From the NCBI GenBank assembly GCA_963724765.1, contig CAVRVY010000001.1, forward strand, positions 256,001 to 320,000: a stretch of 64,000 nt of DNA. Reading direction: 5' to 3'. Positions 26,343-37,085 of the stretch are shown one piece after another. Under the pieces are notes generated by a model. It was not told the origin of the DNA and did not search any database. It was given only the letters and a program-made list of their open reading frames with translations. The position numbers were made by a program, and so were the translations under genes. Numbering within the stretch: the first letter of the stretch is position 1; every line of letters begins with the position of its first letter. The stretch is from an uncultured delta proteobacterium. Lineage in GTDB: Bacteria; Desulfobacterota; Binatia; Binatales; Binataceae.

Positions 26343-26786
26343 ATGAATAGACCTCGAATATTGCTTGTCGCGCTTGCGGTTCAGCTTCTCACGCTAGGCA
26401 AGGCGCACGCGCAGTATGCGTATGTCACACACCCCAACATGTTGGTCAAACAAGGTGCAACCACCGCAGTGTTACCTGGAAATCCGTTCCGTGCCTTCGT
26501 CTACTGTGTAATCGCGAGCCCCGGTAAGGGTCAGTCGCTTGCGCCTTCAGTCGTGACAATGGGCGACGCTACAAGAGGCGTGGCCGTACAGTATCCCGAT
26601 CGCCCACCGCAGCTTTGGGGGAGTACTGGCGAGATCTGGGTCTTCTCGGATCAAGTCGCCCTGATTTCCTGCACCGAGCTTGCTATTCCTCCATACCGAA
26701 CGCGGCAGCGGCGAAAGCTTGGTCGGACCTCGGAAACCGCACCGTCACCGGATATACAAACCGGACACGCCGAAAAAGCTCAATGA
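26343..26786 (+). CDS. Hypothetical exported protein
   Basis: Signal peptide MNRPRILLVALAVQLLTLGKAHA. Confidence 0.5.
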   Translation: MNRPRILLVALAVQLLTLGKAHAQYAYVTHPNMLVKQGATTAVLPGNPFRAFVYCVIASPGKGQSLAPSVVTMGDATRGVAVQYPDRPPQLWGSTGEIWVFSDQVALISCTELAIPPYRTRQRRKLGRTSETAPSPDIQTGHAEKAQ

Positions 26787-27127
26787 ACTCAATGCTTTTT
26801 TGACTACCAGTGCCCAGTGCGCGAACGGCCGGAACCCATCAGCGAAGCCCGGCCCGGAAGGCCGAAGGGAAGTCGCACGGGAGCCCGGCACGTCGTGGCG
26901 GACCCCGGCGTCGGCGGGCAACGGGGCCGAAACCGGGACAGCGTACGACCCAGGCGACGCGGCGCGCACGCGGCGGTTTCCGGGGCACAGTATATGAATC
27001 TGCCGCTGACCAAGGTCGCTCGCCAGACCTCCGAGGCCGTCAAGCGTCGCACGCGCGGCGTTCAGGCGCTGACGATCAAGCTTAGGACGATCGCGCCGTG
27101 GCTCTCCGAAAGCGACCTTCCGAGCAC

Positions 27128-27575
27128 GATCGTGGGTGCCGCGCCCGCAGCGCCGCGCCAGTCGGCCGCGAGCGCCTGAATGAACGAGCCGTGCGCGAAC
27201 AGGATCTTGTCGCCGGTTATCTTTGCCCGGAGCATCGGCGAGCATTCGACAATGCGGGCGGCCATCGTGAAGATTCGGTCGGTCGACTGCTGAATCCGAG
27301 CTGATGACGTAGCCTTCGGCGTAACGCCCGCCGAGGCAGAGGACCGCCCAGAGCCCGACGAGGGCGCTGAACGTGCGCTTGCCGCTTTTTTTTGATGCAG
27401 GAGTACAAATACGTCCTGAACGGCAGGTCGCCGTTGGCTTTCAGCACCATGTGATCGAGGAACGCATCCTCGGCCGGAAGTAGAACGAACAGCTTCCCGG
27501 TCTCCGGGTTGACGCATTGCTCCCGTATAAACGCACCGGGGCCGCGTCGGTAGCGCGCGAACTTGGTGTTGCTTT
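27128..27575 (-). pseudogene. Phage terminase large subunit N-terminal fragment (frameshifted)
   Basis: FIREQCVNPETGKLFVLLPAEDAFL...YSCIKK/SGK Walker A-like segment; QSTDRIFTMAARIVECSPML...IQALAADWRGAAGAAPTI. Confidence 0.55.
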
Positions 27576-27599
27576 GGTCGTTGCCCAAGCTGTGCGGCA

Positions 27600-28230
27600 A
27601 TCGTGGCCTGCGATGGCGGCTGGCTGCGCCGGAGATCGAACGGAGCGTGGTGATCGCTGTCCGGCAGATCCTGAAGGACCAAGTGGCTATCAGCACGGTT
27701 CTGCAGGAGGGTGGCATTTCGACCACGGAGCTAGCCTCCTCACTTAAGGTTGTTGAGGACTGCTGCGTACAGCTCGAGTCCCACCCTGAAATCGCAACAA
27801 CCATTTCGGAGGCGATCAAGCGGGTCGAGCTGAGTAAGGACGGAATTCAGCTAACTTTCAACCTCGCGCCGCTGATTTTCCACCAGATCATTCCTTCCGG
27901 TGCGGGGCTTGCAATCACTTGGTTAGTACCGCTGCAGATCAAGCGTCGCGGCGTGGCGTTGCGGTTGGTACTGAAGGGCGAGGCGATTGCGGTGCAGAGG
28001 ACCGACCCAGCTCTCCTCAAAGCCATTTCCCGCGCGCATCCGTGGTTCGCCGAGCTCATATCAGGACGCGTGGCATCCACCATCGAGCTTGCTAAGCGAG
28101 AACGCCTAAACGACAGCTATGTCCGCCGTCTGGTGCGATTGGCTTTCCTGTCACCCACGATCATCGAAGCAATTTGCACTGGTTAACAACCGGCTGACCT
28201 TACCGCGCAAAACTTGACGCGCGTTGCCGA
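27600..28230 (+). pseudogene. Large serine recombinase C-terminal remnant
   Basis: RLAAPEIERSV, VPLQIKRRGVALRLVL, DPALLKAISRAH, RLAFLSPTIIEAICTG*QPADLT. Confidence 0.75.
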
Positions 28231-28543
28231 TGTCCCTCTCGGCTGGCACTCTCCTTAATCAAACATCCGATTTTCCAGCTTTTCGAACCGCGACTTATTC
28301 TGCCCTCATTACCACCTCATCTATCTCTGAGGTACTGAATCCCCACCGGGAGCATGCAAATCGTATCGAAACCGCTCGACTCATCACCTGGCACCGAGCG
28401 AATTCGAAACAAAGAGAAATTTCGCCAGTCGCGGCGTGATGGGAGTAATGTGGATTTCTCCGGTCCGGTGTCCCACGTCGAACCGCCGTACACACGGACA
28501 ATTCCAGCAATTCTCCGGAGATTCTTAGAAATCGGGGACTCGT

Positions 28544-28574
28544 TGGCGGAGCGAATGGGATTCGAACTATCGGT
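28544..28574 (-). other. tRNA 3'-end fragment (Ser-like), probable att-site relic
   Basis: Minus strand reads ACCGATAGTTCGAATCCCATTCGCTCCGCCA; lies downstream of the recombinase remnant. Confidence 0.65.
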
Positions 28575-28742
28575 TATCTCTCTAGACATATCGCTTTGCT
28601 CTCCGACATCGCAGGCTCAACTGCGTAAAGCCCATCGATACCGCAACGATCACAATGGGTATTTACGCACCACTTGGTTGTGACCGCCAGGCCGCCTGAC
28701 AGACGCCCATGCATGCTCACCTTTCTCATGCCCACAGAAAGC

Positions 28743-29789
28743 TCACGGGGCCTTGGACGCTCGAGTAGTCCGGCTCCAGCGAACGGTCTGAAAATTGTAC
28801 GCTGTGTTCTCGACCGCCTCTCTCAGTACTCCCCAGTAGGTGTGAGTCAGATGAGCGGCATCGCGAAAGCCTGGTTTTGAAACCAGGACAGCGTGGAGTT
28901 CGGGAAGGCGATAGAAGGGAACGCTCGGATAGAAGTGGTGCTCGATATGATAGTTAACGTTCTTTGGCGCAACGAATATACGCTCCATCAAGGTGACACT
29001 CGTTGTGCGCGTATGCCCATATATATTGTAGCTGTCAGGTATGGCAGAATGTTCCGCGATACTGCGCAGACGAAGGATCACGACTAGCCACGTAAACATC
29101 GGGACAAGCCAATACTGAATAAAGAACTTTAGTGCGCCATCCCAAAATAGCACGAGAGCCACTGCAAGGTAGAATCCATATCGCATAACGATGATTCCTC
29201 TGCTTACGCTTGTGTCTTTCGACGTGACGGTGCGGACAAGCCTGAGAAAGGTAATAGCACCGAGCCCGGACAAATCGCGAAGCAGCAACGATGCGAGTTC
29301 GCTGGGACGCTTCGGAAAGACCCAGTCAGGGTCAGTCTGTTTGCGAGCCCAATCGGGATCCTGGTCCGTATTCAGGTAACGATGATGTGAAAAATGGTTA
29401 AGACGGTAAGCTCTCGCCGAAATTAGGCAGGGCCATGCCAAAAGTATCTCAGTCGCCCAATCATTAAATCGTCTATTTCGAAACAACCGATAGTGGACAC
29501 CGTCGTGCATCAAGATCAAAAGTGCGTGTTGCCTGGCTCCGAGAAATGCTACAGCAAGCAGATACAGAAACGGATTCCAGAGCCTTTCGCAGAAGTAGAT
29601 CGTGCCCAGAACGAGTGTCCACTCTGCACTGATGTGTAGGCAGCTCAACCAGGCATTGATCTCGGACAATTTTCCTATTTCTTCCTTGGAGAGCCTGATA
29701 GGCACGTCGCTAGCGAATGCGTCAGAAGCGCGGCTTCGGCCTCTCGATTGGTTTACCAATTCAACTGTCATATTCTTCCCCTCGACCAT
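28743..29789 (-). CDS. Membrane fatty acid desaturase
   Basis: His boxes HDGVH, HFSHH, AEH and YHIEHH. Confidence 0.92.
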   Translation of the reverse strand: MVEGKNMTVELVNQSRGRSRASDAFASDVPIRLSKEEIGKLSEINAWLSCLHISAEWTLVLGTIYFCERLWNPFLYLLAVAFLGARQHALLILMHDGVHYRLFRNRRFNDWATEILLAWPCLISARAYRLNHFSHHRYLNTDQDPDWARKQTDPDWVFPKRPSELASLLLRDLSGLGAITFLRLVRTVTSKDTSVSRGIIVMRYGFYLAVALVLFWDGALKFFIQYWLVPMFTWLVVILRLRSIAEHSAIPDSYNIYGHTRTTSVTLMERIFVAPKNVNYHIEHHFYPSVPFYRLPELHAVLVSKPGFRDAAHLTHTYWGVLREAVENTAYNFQTVRWSRTTRASKAP

Positions 29790-29890
29790 TGCTCAATCAA
29801 TTGCGTGGTAGTTGATTGAGCGCACATAGCATATTTGCTGTAACGCAACACACGAGACTGACACAGCTATGACTCCGCGACGGTGTGGCG

Positions 29891-30607
29891 CTACGCTAGT
29901 CCGCTGGCATTGTCACCGCCGTGTGCAACAGCGAGAAACCTCGCAGCTTGCTCGACCGGTGGAAGTGCAGGACGAAACGAACTAGGCCTCAGCCGAACAG
30001 AATTCATGAATCGGACTACGCGATGACTGTCCAAGGCTTCGACGCTAAGGCCGGCGACACCCATGATCAGTTTTTGCAGCGGCTTACCTTCCAAAATCAC
30101 CGGCCACACCAATGGTCTGGCTCCTTCGAGGGTTTCCACGTATGGATATTCGACCGGCTCACCCACCTTGACGAATCCCATCGCGGCATAGAATCCCATG
30201 TGGTCGGATGACCCGACGGCCAAATAGGCAAGAACCGTGCAGGCCTGAAGCCGAACAACCTGAATCGCAGCGCCATGCCATGCACGCATCCCCGCACCCC
30301 TGGAGAGTGACCAATGATCACTGCACTCCAGCACCGATCGAGGGTGCAAATGGCCGAGGTCCGGTTTCGAGCAGCTTTGGGGAAAAGTCTCAAGGTTATG
30401 CATCGCAATGCCTGCGATCATTCGTTCTGCTGGATCTTCTTCGTGTTCGAACACCGCGTAGAGGTTCGCCGCCTCGAGACGGGCTCTGTTATCGTTCCGC
30501 AAGCCGCATACTTCTTTATAAAGTCCCCCGTGCCTGGCGCGAGCCTCCGCTACGCGTTCCGCAAAAATCCCGCGCTCAACCCTTGTCGTCAGTAGGCGCA
30601 TTTCCAT
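29891..30607 (-). CDS. Hypothetical protein, probable GNAT-fold acyltransferase (LuxI/N-acyl amino acid synthase-like)
   Basis: RBS AAGGAG before ATG 30607; VLECSDHWS and GFYAAMGFVKVGEP resemble GNAT motifs. Confidence 0.55.
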   Translation of the reverse strand: MEMRLLTTRVERGIFAERVAEARARHGGLYKEVCGLRNDNRARLEAANLYAVFEHEEDPAERMIAGIAMHNLETFPQSCSKPDLGHLHPRSVLECSDHWSLSRGAGMRAWHGAAIQVVRLQACTVLAYLAVGSSDHMGFYAAMGFVKVGEPVEYPYVETLEGARPLVWPVILEGKPLQKLIMGVAGLSVEALDSHRVVRFMNSVRLRPSSFRPALPPVEQAARFLAVAHGGDNASGLA

Positions 30608-31678
30608 CGCAATCTCCTTGTGAATGACTGAATGTTTTCTTGGCAAGAGCCCCCGACTGCCAAAGTGCCCATGGCGGGGCGCGCACCTGAGCAAACCACC
30701 GTCCGCTAACAGGACGGCGGTCACCAGGCATCGAACGAACAGGCGCGCCAGAGTCTCCAGTGAACTCGGCACAACGGGCGAGTGAAGTAGGCGTTAATCG
30801 CCGAGGAGGGTCGCCGCTTGTGTGCTGTCTCGCGTCTTCGATCGGCTTGTTCGCCGGCGTACGCCGCGCTTTATGCGCATCGTCGCTGCGGGAGGAGAAG
30901 TGGCCAAGTCGGCACATAGGCCTATCCGTCGTGGAAGGATATTTCATGAGGCCGCCCCCAGATACCCGGGGAGCGCATCCTGATTGTTCGAGGCAGTGGC
31001 GCATCGCCTTTTAGTCGTGCCAATCGAGATCGAATAGCAACTGGACTACTCCTGTTCCAGCGACGGCCGACGCGAGGCACCAGCGCAGGTGACTCTGAGG
31101 GCGATCCTCTTTGTGCCTCCTCTTTGTCCTCGGCGCGTGCGGCTATAGTCACTACAGCAACAACAGATGTTGAGTCGGGATAGAGGCGTAATCAGCCGAT
31201 TGCATCCTCGATTGAGTATTAGCGCGCGCTCCGAATACCCTTTGGTCGCTATCCAGCGAACGGGATCCCGCGAAGGCCGGGACTACTTCATCTAGCCCTA
31301 CTCGCGCTGGGCACGTTGCACGCCCCGGCACTTGGGATGAGATTAGCTCGGAATCGAATGGCGACGACCGAAACAGCTTGATCGTCACCAGACAGTGGCG
31401 TAAAAGGGAGACGGGGCAACAATGTACTGATAGTCGAGTGCGCCTCGACCGTGTTGATTGCGCCCGAGCGTTGCGGTCGACGCCCAATGAAGCGCTCCTT
31501 GTCCGGTCTGCAAATCTCTACGTCTCAGGTCAATCACGACCCGGCGCTTTGTTGACAGACAGTCAGCTTTTGCTGTCTATTAGCTTAGGCCGCCAAGAAA
31601 TGGCAAGGGCCTCTGCTGTCAGAGCTGTAACCAGGGATTTGACGTGATGATGGGAGCAGCGTATTTGTTCTAAGCGAC

Positions 31679-32500
31679 GTGGTGTGGCTTATGGGTGGCA
31701 ATAAACGCATCTCAACGCTGGAAGGATTGATAGCCGACATTTTGGCATCAATTGGTAACGCTTCACGTCGGCAATCCGCTACGTTCGGGAGCGCCATTGA
31801 AGAGATCAGATCTTTATCGGAAAGCGACTATGGTCCCGCCCTCCGCAGGTCCTTCAGCCGCTGCGAGATTCAGGAAATAGTCGCAGAGGCGAGACGGCGG
31901 GTATGGCAGCATCTAAATCGCGAGCCAGTGAAGATCGGTCCCCCTCAAGAATTCACAAGTCGGTGGTCCAACCTTGGTGTTGACTTCCGGCTAGCCAGCA
32001 TATCGTCGCCGCGAGGGCTAGCGCTTCTGGGCTTCTATGTGAGGAAAGCTCCTGGTTCCGGACGCCCGCTCATCTGCGTAAACACGGCCCATCACCCTGT
32101 CGCAGTGGCAACCGGCTTTTCTCATGAAATGGGGCATCACGTGACCGCGGATATTTTTGGTTCGCGCAAGGAGCCTGCCCGATTTTTGCTTTACACTGGC
32201 TATGCTGAGCATCTAGACGATCCTGTGGAACTCGCCGCCGACATTCTAGTGAGTCTTGGTGTGTTTCCCGCGAAGACCGCTCGAACACTTCTTGGCAAGC
32301 CCGAGAAGAGCAAACGGACTAAACGCGGGAGCCAGGAATCTGCTGGGCCATCGTTTGCGAAAGTGCTCAATTATTTCGACGGTCGTTATGACCTCGCCTT
32401 CGAAACGCATCTCCCGCCTGGGAAGAAGCTACAGTACCTAGCCGGAGTGCTTCACTATGCTCAATTGCGACGGGCGTTGTTAGACGAATACGGCTTATGA
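31679..32500 (+). CDS. ImmA/IrrE-like metallopeptidase-domain protein
   Basis: LICVNTAHHPVAVATGFSHEMGHH (HExxH) and downstream ELAAD. Confidence 0.7.
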   Translation: MVWLMGGNKRISTLEGLIADILASIGNASRRQSATFGSAIEEIRSLSESDYGPALRRSFSRCEIQEIVAEARRRVWQHLNREPVKIGPPQEFTSRWSNLGVDFRLASISSPRGLALLGFYVRKAPGSGRPLICVNTAHHPVAVATGFSHEMGHHVTADIFGSRKEPARFLLYTGYAEHLDDPVELAADILVSLGVFPAKTARTLLGKPEKSKRTKRGSQESAGPSFAKVLNYFDGRYDLAFETHLPPGKKLQYLAGVLHYAQLRRALLDEYGL

Positions 32501-32931
32501 AATCAAAAGAGACGCTGGGGGAGATAATAAAGCGGCGCCGCCAGACACTGGCCCTGACACAGCGTGAGCTGGCAGGTATGTTGGGCGTTAAAGCGAGCCA
32601 CGTTGCTTACCTCGAGAGTGGAAGGCGAAGGCCATCGCTCGCACTGCTCAAACATCTTGCTGATGTGCTTGACTTAGATCGGCAACAAATTTTCTTCCTC
32701 GCGCATCCTGAGGCAAAATCGCTGTTGACCACACCTAACTCCCCACCCGCGGCGGATCCGGCTAAATCTTGGGAACGATTCATAAGCGACCGTGTTCTGC
32801 GAGCGCGACATCACATCACACCTCGCGAGATCCAGGCCCTGAAACACCTGAGTCTGCTAGGGTACGTCCTCACGCAGCGCGAGTTCTTAGCCGTTTTGAG
32901 TCTGATCCGACAACCTGAAAACGGTTCTTAG
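32497..32931 (+). CDS. XRE-family HTH regulator
   Basis: LGEIIKRRR..LTQRELAGMLGVKASHVAYLESGRRRPS; ATGA coupling to the upstream gene. Confidence 0.9.
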   Translation: MKSKETLGEIIKRRRQTLALTQRELAGMLGVKASHVAYLESGRRRPSLALLKHLADVLDLDRQQIFFLAHPEAKSLLTTPNSPPAADPAKSWERFISDRVLRARHHITPREIQALKHLSLLGYVLTQREFLAVLSLIRQPENGS

Positions 32932-32959
32932 GTTATCTTCTTTCGCGCCTTATTGGAGA

Positions 32960-33230
32960 CGCTCGACGGTTGATCAGGTATGTCATGGCGACGATACTCT
33001 GGGCCCGAGCAGAAGATATGCCAGGTCGGGGAAGGCGTACCCGTCTTCGCATTATGTACTTGGCGGCCGTAGTCCGGCTGATCTCGATGCCGAGCTTGAG
33101 AAGCTCGCCGTGAATCCGAGGCGCGCCCCAGAGCGAGTTGGCGCTACCTTTCTCACGAATGAGCTTGCGAACTTCGCCATCAACCGATGGACGTCCGGAC
33201 CTCGAGCGCCAACGCCGAGACTTCGGGGAG
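32960..33230 (-). pseudogene. Integrase-core transposase N-terminal remnant
   Basis: WRSRSGRPSVDGEVRKLIRE..ANSLWGAPRIHGELLKLGIEISRTTAAKY. Confidence 0.75.
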
Positions 33231-33429
33231 CATGTTGTTGCACATAGCTTTCCCGTGAAGTGAGCTCTCGGGCTGCTTTCCTCCAGCAGCGACAAGCCAA
33301 TCGTCGGGTCACACCCCGCAATATTTTGCTTTACTCGTCCGCTAGGCCAAGTATCTCTGCCTTGGTCGCTCGGCGGTAGCTTCGTGGTGTCTGCAGCGAG
33401 ACGGGCAGATTCACGGCGCGGCAAAGACT

Positions 33430-33555
33430 GGCGGCGAGCCCGAGCTCCAGCGCAACGTGGTTATTGCGGTGCTGCTAATTGCCGACCTCGATAACGTTCA
33501 CCCGCCGCGAAATGTAGTCCGAGCGGGCCAGCTCCAGCACCAACGTCTTGTTGCG
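33430..33555 (-). pseudogene. IS21 IstB ATPase fragment
   Basis: NKTLVLELARSDYISRRVNVIEVGN, followed by a decayed Walker A region and HVALELGLAA. Confidence 0.6.
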
Positions 33556-34052
33556 CGAGGGACAGCGAAGTAGCTGTCGAGACTCTTCACGCTGAAAACT
33601 TCCTCTGGCCTGTTTGCTAACGTGGGCTGAAGCCACCTGCTCCTCTCTGCACGCGGTCAAAGCGGTTTGTGGCTATCACAATTGAACCTTTCTGCAACAA
33701 CGCATGATAGCCTTTGTTAGGTTATTCTTATTTCTTATTGTTTAATCCTCTCTTCAATCAAACATCTCCAGCGATTTTCGTTTTGCTATAGCAAACTTAT
33801 ACAAGACGCGGAAATCGAGGCGTCTTTTCAAGGCCAACGTTACGGCGCTGCGTTCGCATTGCCCAGCTGGGCGACAGCCGGCTCCTGGGGTTCGACCATC
33901 GCAAGCCCCTCCGCCGCTGTTCCACAGCGCGGAACTGTCTATAAAAAATCGCAGGACAGGCACAGGGTTTTCCGGAAGTCGTCATTAATGTTATATGACA
34001 CTATAGAAGTGTTACGATTGTTGAGTATTGCTCTTGCTAGCATTGAGTTAGC

Positions 34053-34070
34053 AACTGTTAACTAACAGTT
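34053..34070. promoter_or_regulatory. Perfect 8-2-8 palindrome, candidate operator
   Basis: AACTGTTA-AC-TAACAGTT in the AT-rich region upstream of 34134. Confidence 0.45.
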
Positions 34071-34133
34071 AGCGGTTTTTCTCCACCGTCTCCTGAGAGA
34101 CCACGAATTCGTTGAGCCCGAAGGGAGGTCAAG

Positions 34134-34355
34134 GTGAACAACGACTTAGTCGATGTTTGTTTGATCGGTGACGCTGCAACCGTGGCCGCGATCTGCGACG
34201 AACTCAGTTCCAGCGGGAGTCTATTGGTTTGCAATGGCTGCCGAGACATCGAGGCGCTGATTACCGGGGTCCTTGTGATCGAACACGATGAGGAGGCATG
34301 GGCGCTATGCGGCGCATGCATACGAAAGCTACCCATCGAAGGAGCTATCGTATGA
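34134..34355 (+). CDS. Small CxxC...CxxC putative zinc-binding protein
   Basis: RBS GGGAGG and GTG start; CNGC and CGAC. Confidence 0.6.
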   Translation: MNNDLVDVCLIGDAATVAAICDELSSSGSLLVCNGCRDIEALITGVLVIEHDEEAWALCGACIRKLPIEGAIV

Positions 34356-34709
34356 GCGGCGAGAAGCGTGTCGACAATTCCCGGTTGCGCAGGCCCCAGT
34401 CCATTCTTAGACTCTCGCGCGCGGAATTGCGTTGAAAGTACAGAGGGACGGGCGGGAGCAAGGGGGCTCGATGCTGCTGTGGCCTTTAGCATCCAGCCGG
34501 ATTGGCCCGTTCAACTCCTGCCAGAAGGGCCTACCGAAAGCTTAGATTCCTCAACCCAGGTCTCCTTTTGAGTGCGCAACGGTGGGGACGCAGAAGGTGC
34601 GCCAGCGACACTTGTAAATGCGACCACTACAGCTAATAGCGCCGACGAGACTTTTTGTTCTCTTCTCGTCGTGGTCGCTGAGCGACGTCGCGCCGAGTAA
34701 ATCAGAATC

Positions 34710-34919
34710 CTAGTGGTTCATTTCCAGTTTCGATCGCCAGATGTCGATCGTCTCGATGTTGAACCGCCAGTCGCTGCCAATCCGGAAAGCTGGAATCTCT
34801 CGGCGCTTGAGCAGCCGATAAATGGTAGAGGGATGTACGTGCAAATAGCGCGATACTTCCTCCAGCGTCATCACTTTAGCCGGTCGCGTCTCTAATGCAT
34901 CGTCTCTCTTGTCAATCAT
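34710..34919 (-). CDS. Excisionase-family (HTH_17) DNA-binding protein
   Basis: VMTLEEVSRYLHVHPSTIYRLLKRREIPAFRIGSDWRF. Confidence 0.88.
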   Translation of the reverse strand: MIDKRDDALETRPAKVMTLEEVSRYLHVHPSTIYRLLKRREIPAFRIGSDWRFNIETIDIWRSKLEMNH

Positions 34920-35576
34920 AACGGTCTGTTGGTCCGCAGTAAATCGAGCGTTGCGTTTGGCACGGGGCGCAACTCCGTCCCGCTGATAGAATTCTCGGAT
35001 ACCTATATACCCTGGATTGCATGGTTCGTCATTGCACCCATCGTATAAGAGCAGATGACAATCAAAAGCAACCCTAGGTTTGCGCCTGCACAACAGGAAG
35101 TTAGCAGAAATCCACTCTTAGTCAAGTGCGTGTACTCGAAGCCAGTATCAGAGTGATCGCGCGCAGCACGATTTCTCCCCCGCTGTCCGAAACGCGAGAC
35201 CTGATAAGGCCTAGCATCCGTACTTGCCTTTTTTCCCAACCCGGAGCATCGAGGACGCCTATAAGGCTAGGATCGATGAGGCGTGCGACATAACGAAGCG
35301 CCTTCGCGTGGAGATGGGCGCGTAAACAGAGAACCGTGGGAGCGGAAAATAGGCAAGACGTTCACGCGGGCCGAGCGCGCCGATTGGAGGGAAATCGATT
35401 ACAGAACTCCGAGTCCCTCGTCTTGAAACTGTGCTCCGCAAGGTGCGCGCGTTCGCGACCGCGTCCGCGAGCACTGACTATGGGGATTTGCTCCAGCGCA
35501 TCCGAGGCGAGGATGCCGGCATTGCCGACGCCTGGTTGTTCGTTCCAAGCCGTTCAGCGAGTGCTCCTCGTGTCGC

Positions 35577-37085
35577 TTAGCGGTGTACCTGCTCCAGGTT
35601 GGAGGGGTCGAACAACTTGGTGGCCCGACCCATCACGACATCGGGGGATCCGCGGCCAAAGGTGAGGAAAAGCGTGGAGCGATGGTTTTGCACGTCGATC
35701 GTCTGACCGCCTTGGATGATGGTTACGTGTGTGCCGCGGTTAATATTGCTCCACGGCGTAAGGTCCTCGCTCCAGTTCGACACGTAGACGAGCACTCGCC
35801 ACAGCTTGGCGTGATGATCGAAAGCCAGCTCCATCCACGGCGTCCAGTTCTCGGCGTCCCAAAACATAATGACATCGCCATAAGGGTTGGCGGGATTATT
35901 GGGAGTGCGCTCCACTACGGCGAAGCGCCGCAGCGACCAGACATCGTCGGGAACGTTGCCGTTGGGACCGTAAGTGTGCATGTCGGTATGCGCCGAATCC
36001 ATGACGGAGACCATGTCTCTCCAACCCAGGAACTTCCAATTCCAGTCCAGCACATGACCCGAAAAACTGTAGAAGTCGTTCAAGGTCTCGTCGGTGCCCA
36101 TGAAAGAATCGGACTTCTCTTCGGCCGAGAAGCGCCGTACCCGTCGAGTGGTGGGATCATAGATCCAGCTATCGTCGGCATGATGAAAATCGGCGTAACG
36201 ATACGTGATGAAGACCTGGCCTCGCAGATCGTAAGGAGTTATGAAGCCGCTGAACTCCTTCCAGAAAAATGCCTTGGCGTTGGGGATGTCGAGCACCCCA
36301 CCTTTATCCGCGGCCTGGGCCAGATGGGTGAAATAGAGCCGCTGATATAAAGAGCTGAACGTGCGTCGCACCGTGCCGCCGCCCTGGACATACGGACCTA
36401 CGTTGGGAGGAAGCTTGGTTTGCAGATGGATTCCGGAGAGCCATTGCTCCGGCGGCATCTGCAGGGCGGAGTCTGTCGTCAGATCATGGGTCCCGCCAAA
36501 ATACAGCGGCACGTATACGGTGGAGGCGTCGAACTCGCCATAGTTCTGCCAGCGTAACTCGAAGTTCCAGGCTGCCTTGAGGCCGGAGGCCGGGTCGGAA
36601 GGATTCAGCGTAGCATTGGAGAATGGCTGCCCGCAGATGTGATTGGTCAAGGTGCCGTCCGGAGCGAGTCGCACCTGGGCTTGGTATCGCTCCGCGCAAT
36701 TCATGTAATCCTGGCGCGGCTGATGACTGCGGACCGCCACGATCTTCATCTTGAAGGAAGGAAAGTTCAGTTGCTCCAGGTAGCCCGGGGGCACGAATGG
36801 CCGTAAGCGTTCGAGATCCGCCGCGCTTAGCACGTCGCCCGCCTTGAAGTCCGGCGGTGCGGCAGGGCGAGCATCGAGCCACTTGCCGACGTCGGCTCGA
36901 CTGATGTCCTGCGCTTGCGCGCTGGCCGCGGGCCAACACAGCACCAGGCTCGATACGAGGAGCAAGGCGAGCCGCCAACCGACCCTGGAGGAATCCCCTG
37001 ATGCAGCCCTCGCGGCTCCTCGTGTACGCTCGGACTCAGCAAAGAAAGCCATTCCGCGGTAACCTCCATCATCAGAGGCAGGCAA
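35577..37085 (-). CDS. DUF1329 domain exported protein
   Basis: Signal peptide; DPASGLKAAWNF, DDSWIYDPTTRRVRRFS, WKFLG. Confidence 0.82.
   Translation of the reverse strand: MPASDDGGYRGMAFFAESERTRGAARAASGDSSRVGWRLALLLVSSLVLCWPAASAQAQDISRADVGKWLDARPAAPPDFKAGDVLSAADLERLRPFVPPGYLEQLNFPSFKMKIVAVRSHQPRQDYMNCAERYQAQVRLAPDGTLTNHICGQPFSNATLNPSDPASGLKAAWNFELRWQNYGEFDASTVYVPLYFGGTHDLTTDSALQMPPEQWLSGIHLQTKLPPNVGPYVQGGGTVRRTFSSLYQRLYFTHLAQAADKGGVLDIPNAKAFFWKEFSGFITPYDLRGQVFITYRYADFHHADDSWIYDPTTRRVRRFSAEEKSDSFMGTDETLNDFYSFSGHVLDWNWKFLGWRDMVSVMDSAHTDMHTYGPNGNVPDDVWSLRRFAVVERTPNNPANPYGDVIMFWDAENWTPWMELAFDHHAKLWRVLVYVSNWSEDLTPWSNINRGTHVTIIQGGQTIDVQNHRSTLFLTFGRGSPDVVMGRATKLFDPSNLEQVHR

Noticed and set aside
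28544-28574. Possible second tRNA gene
   Set aside because: Only the T-loop and 3' acceptor strand are present, the T stem pairs poorly, and no D or anticodon arm was found
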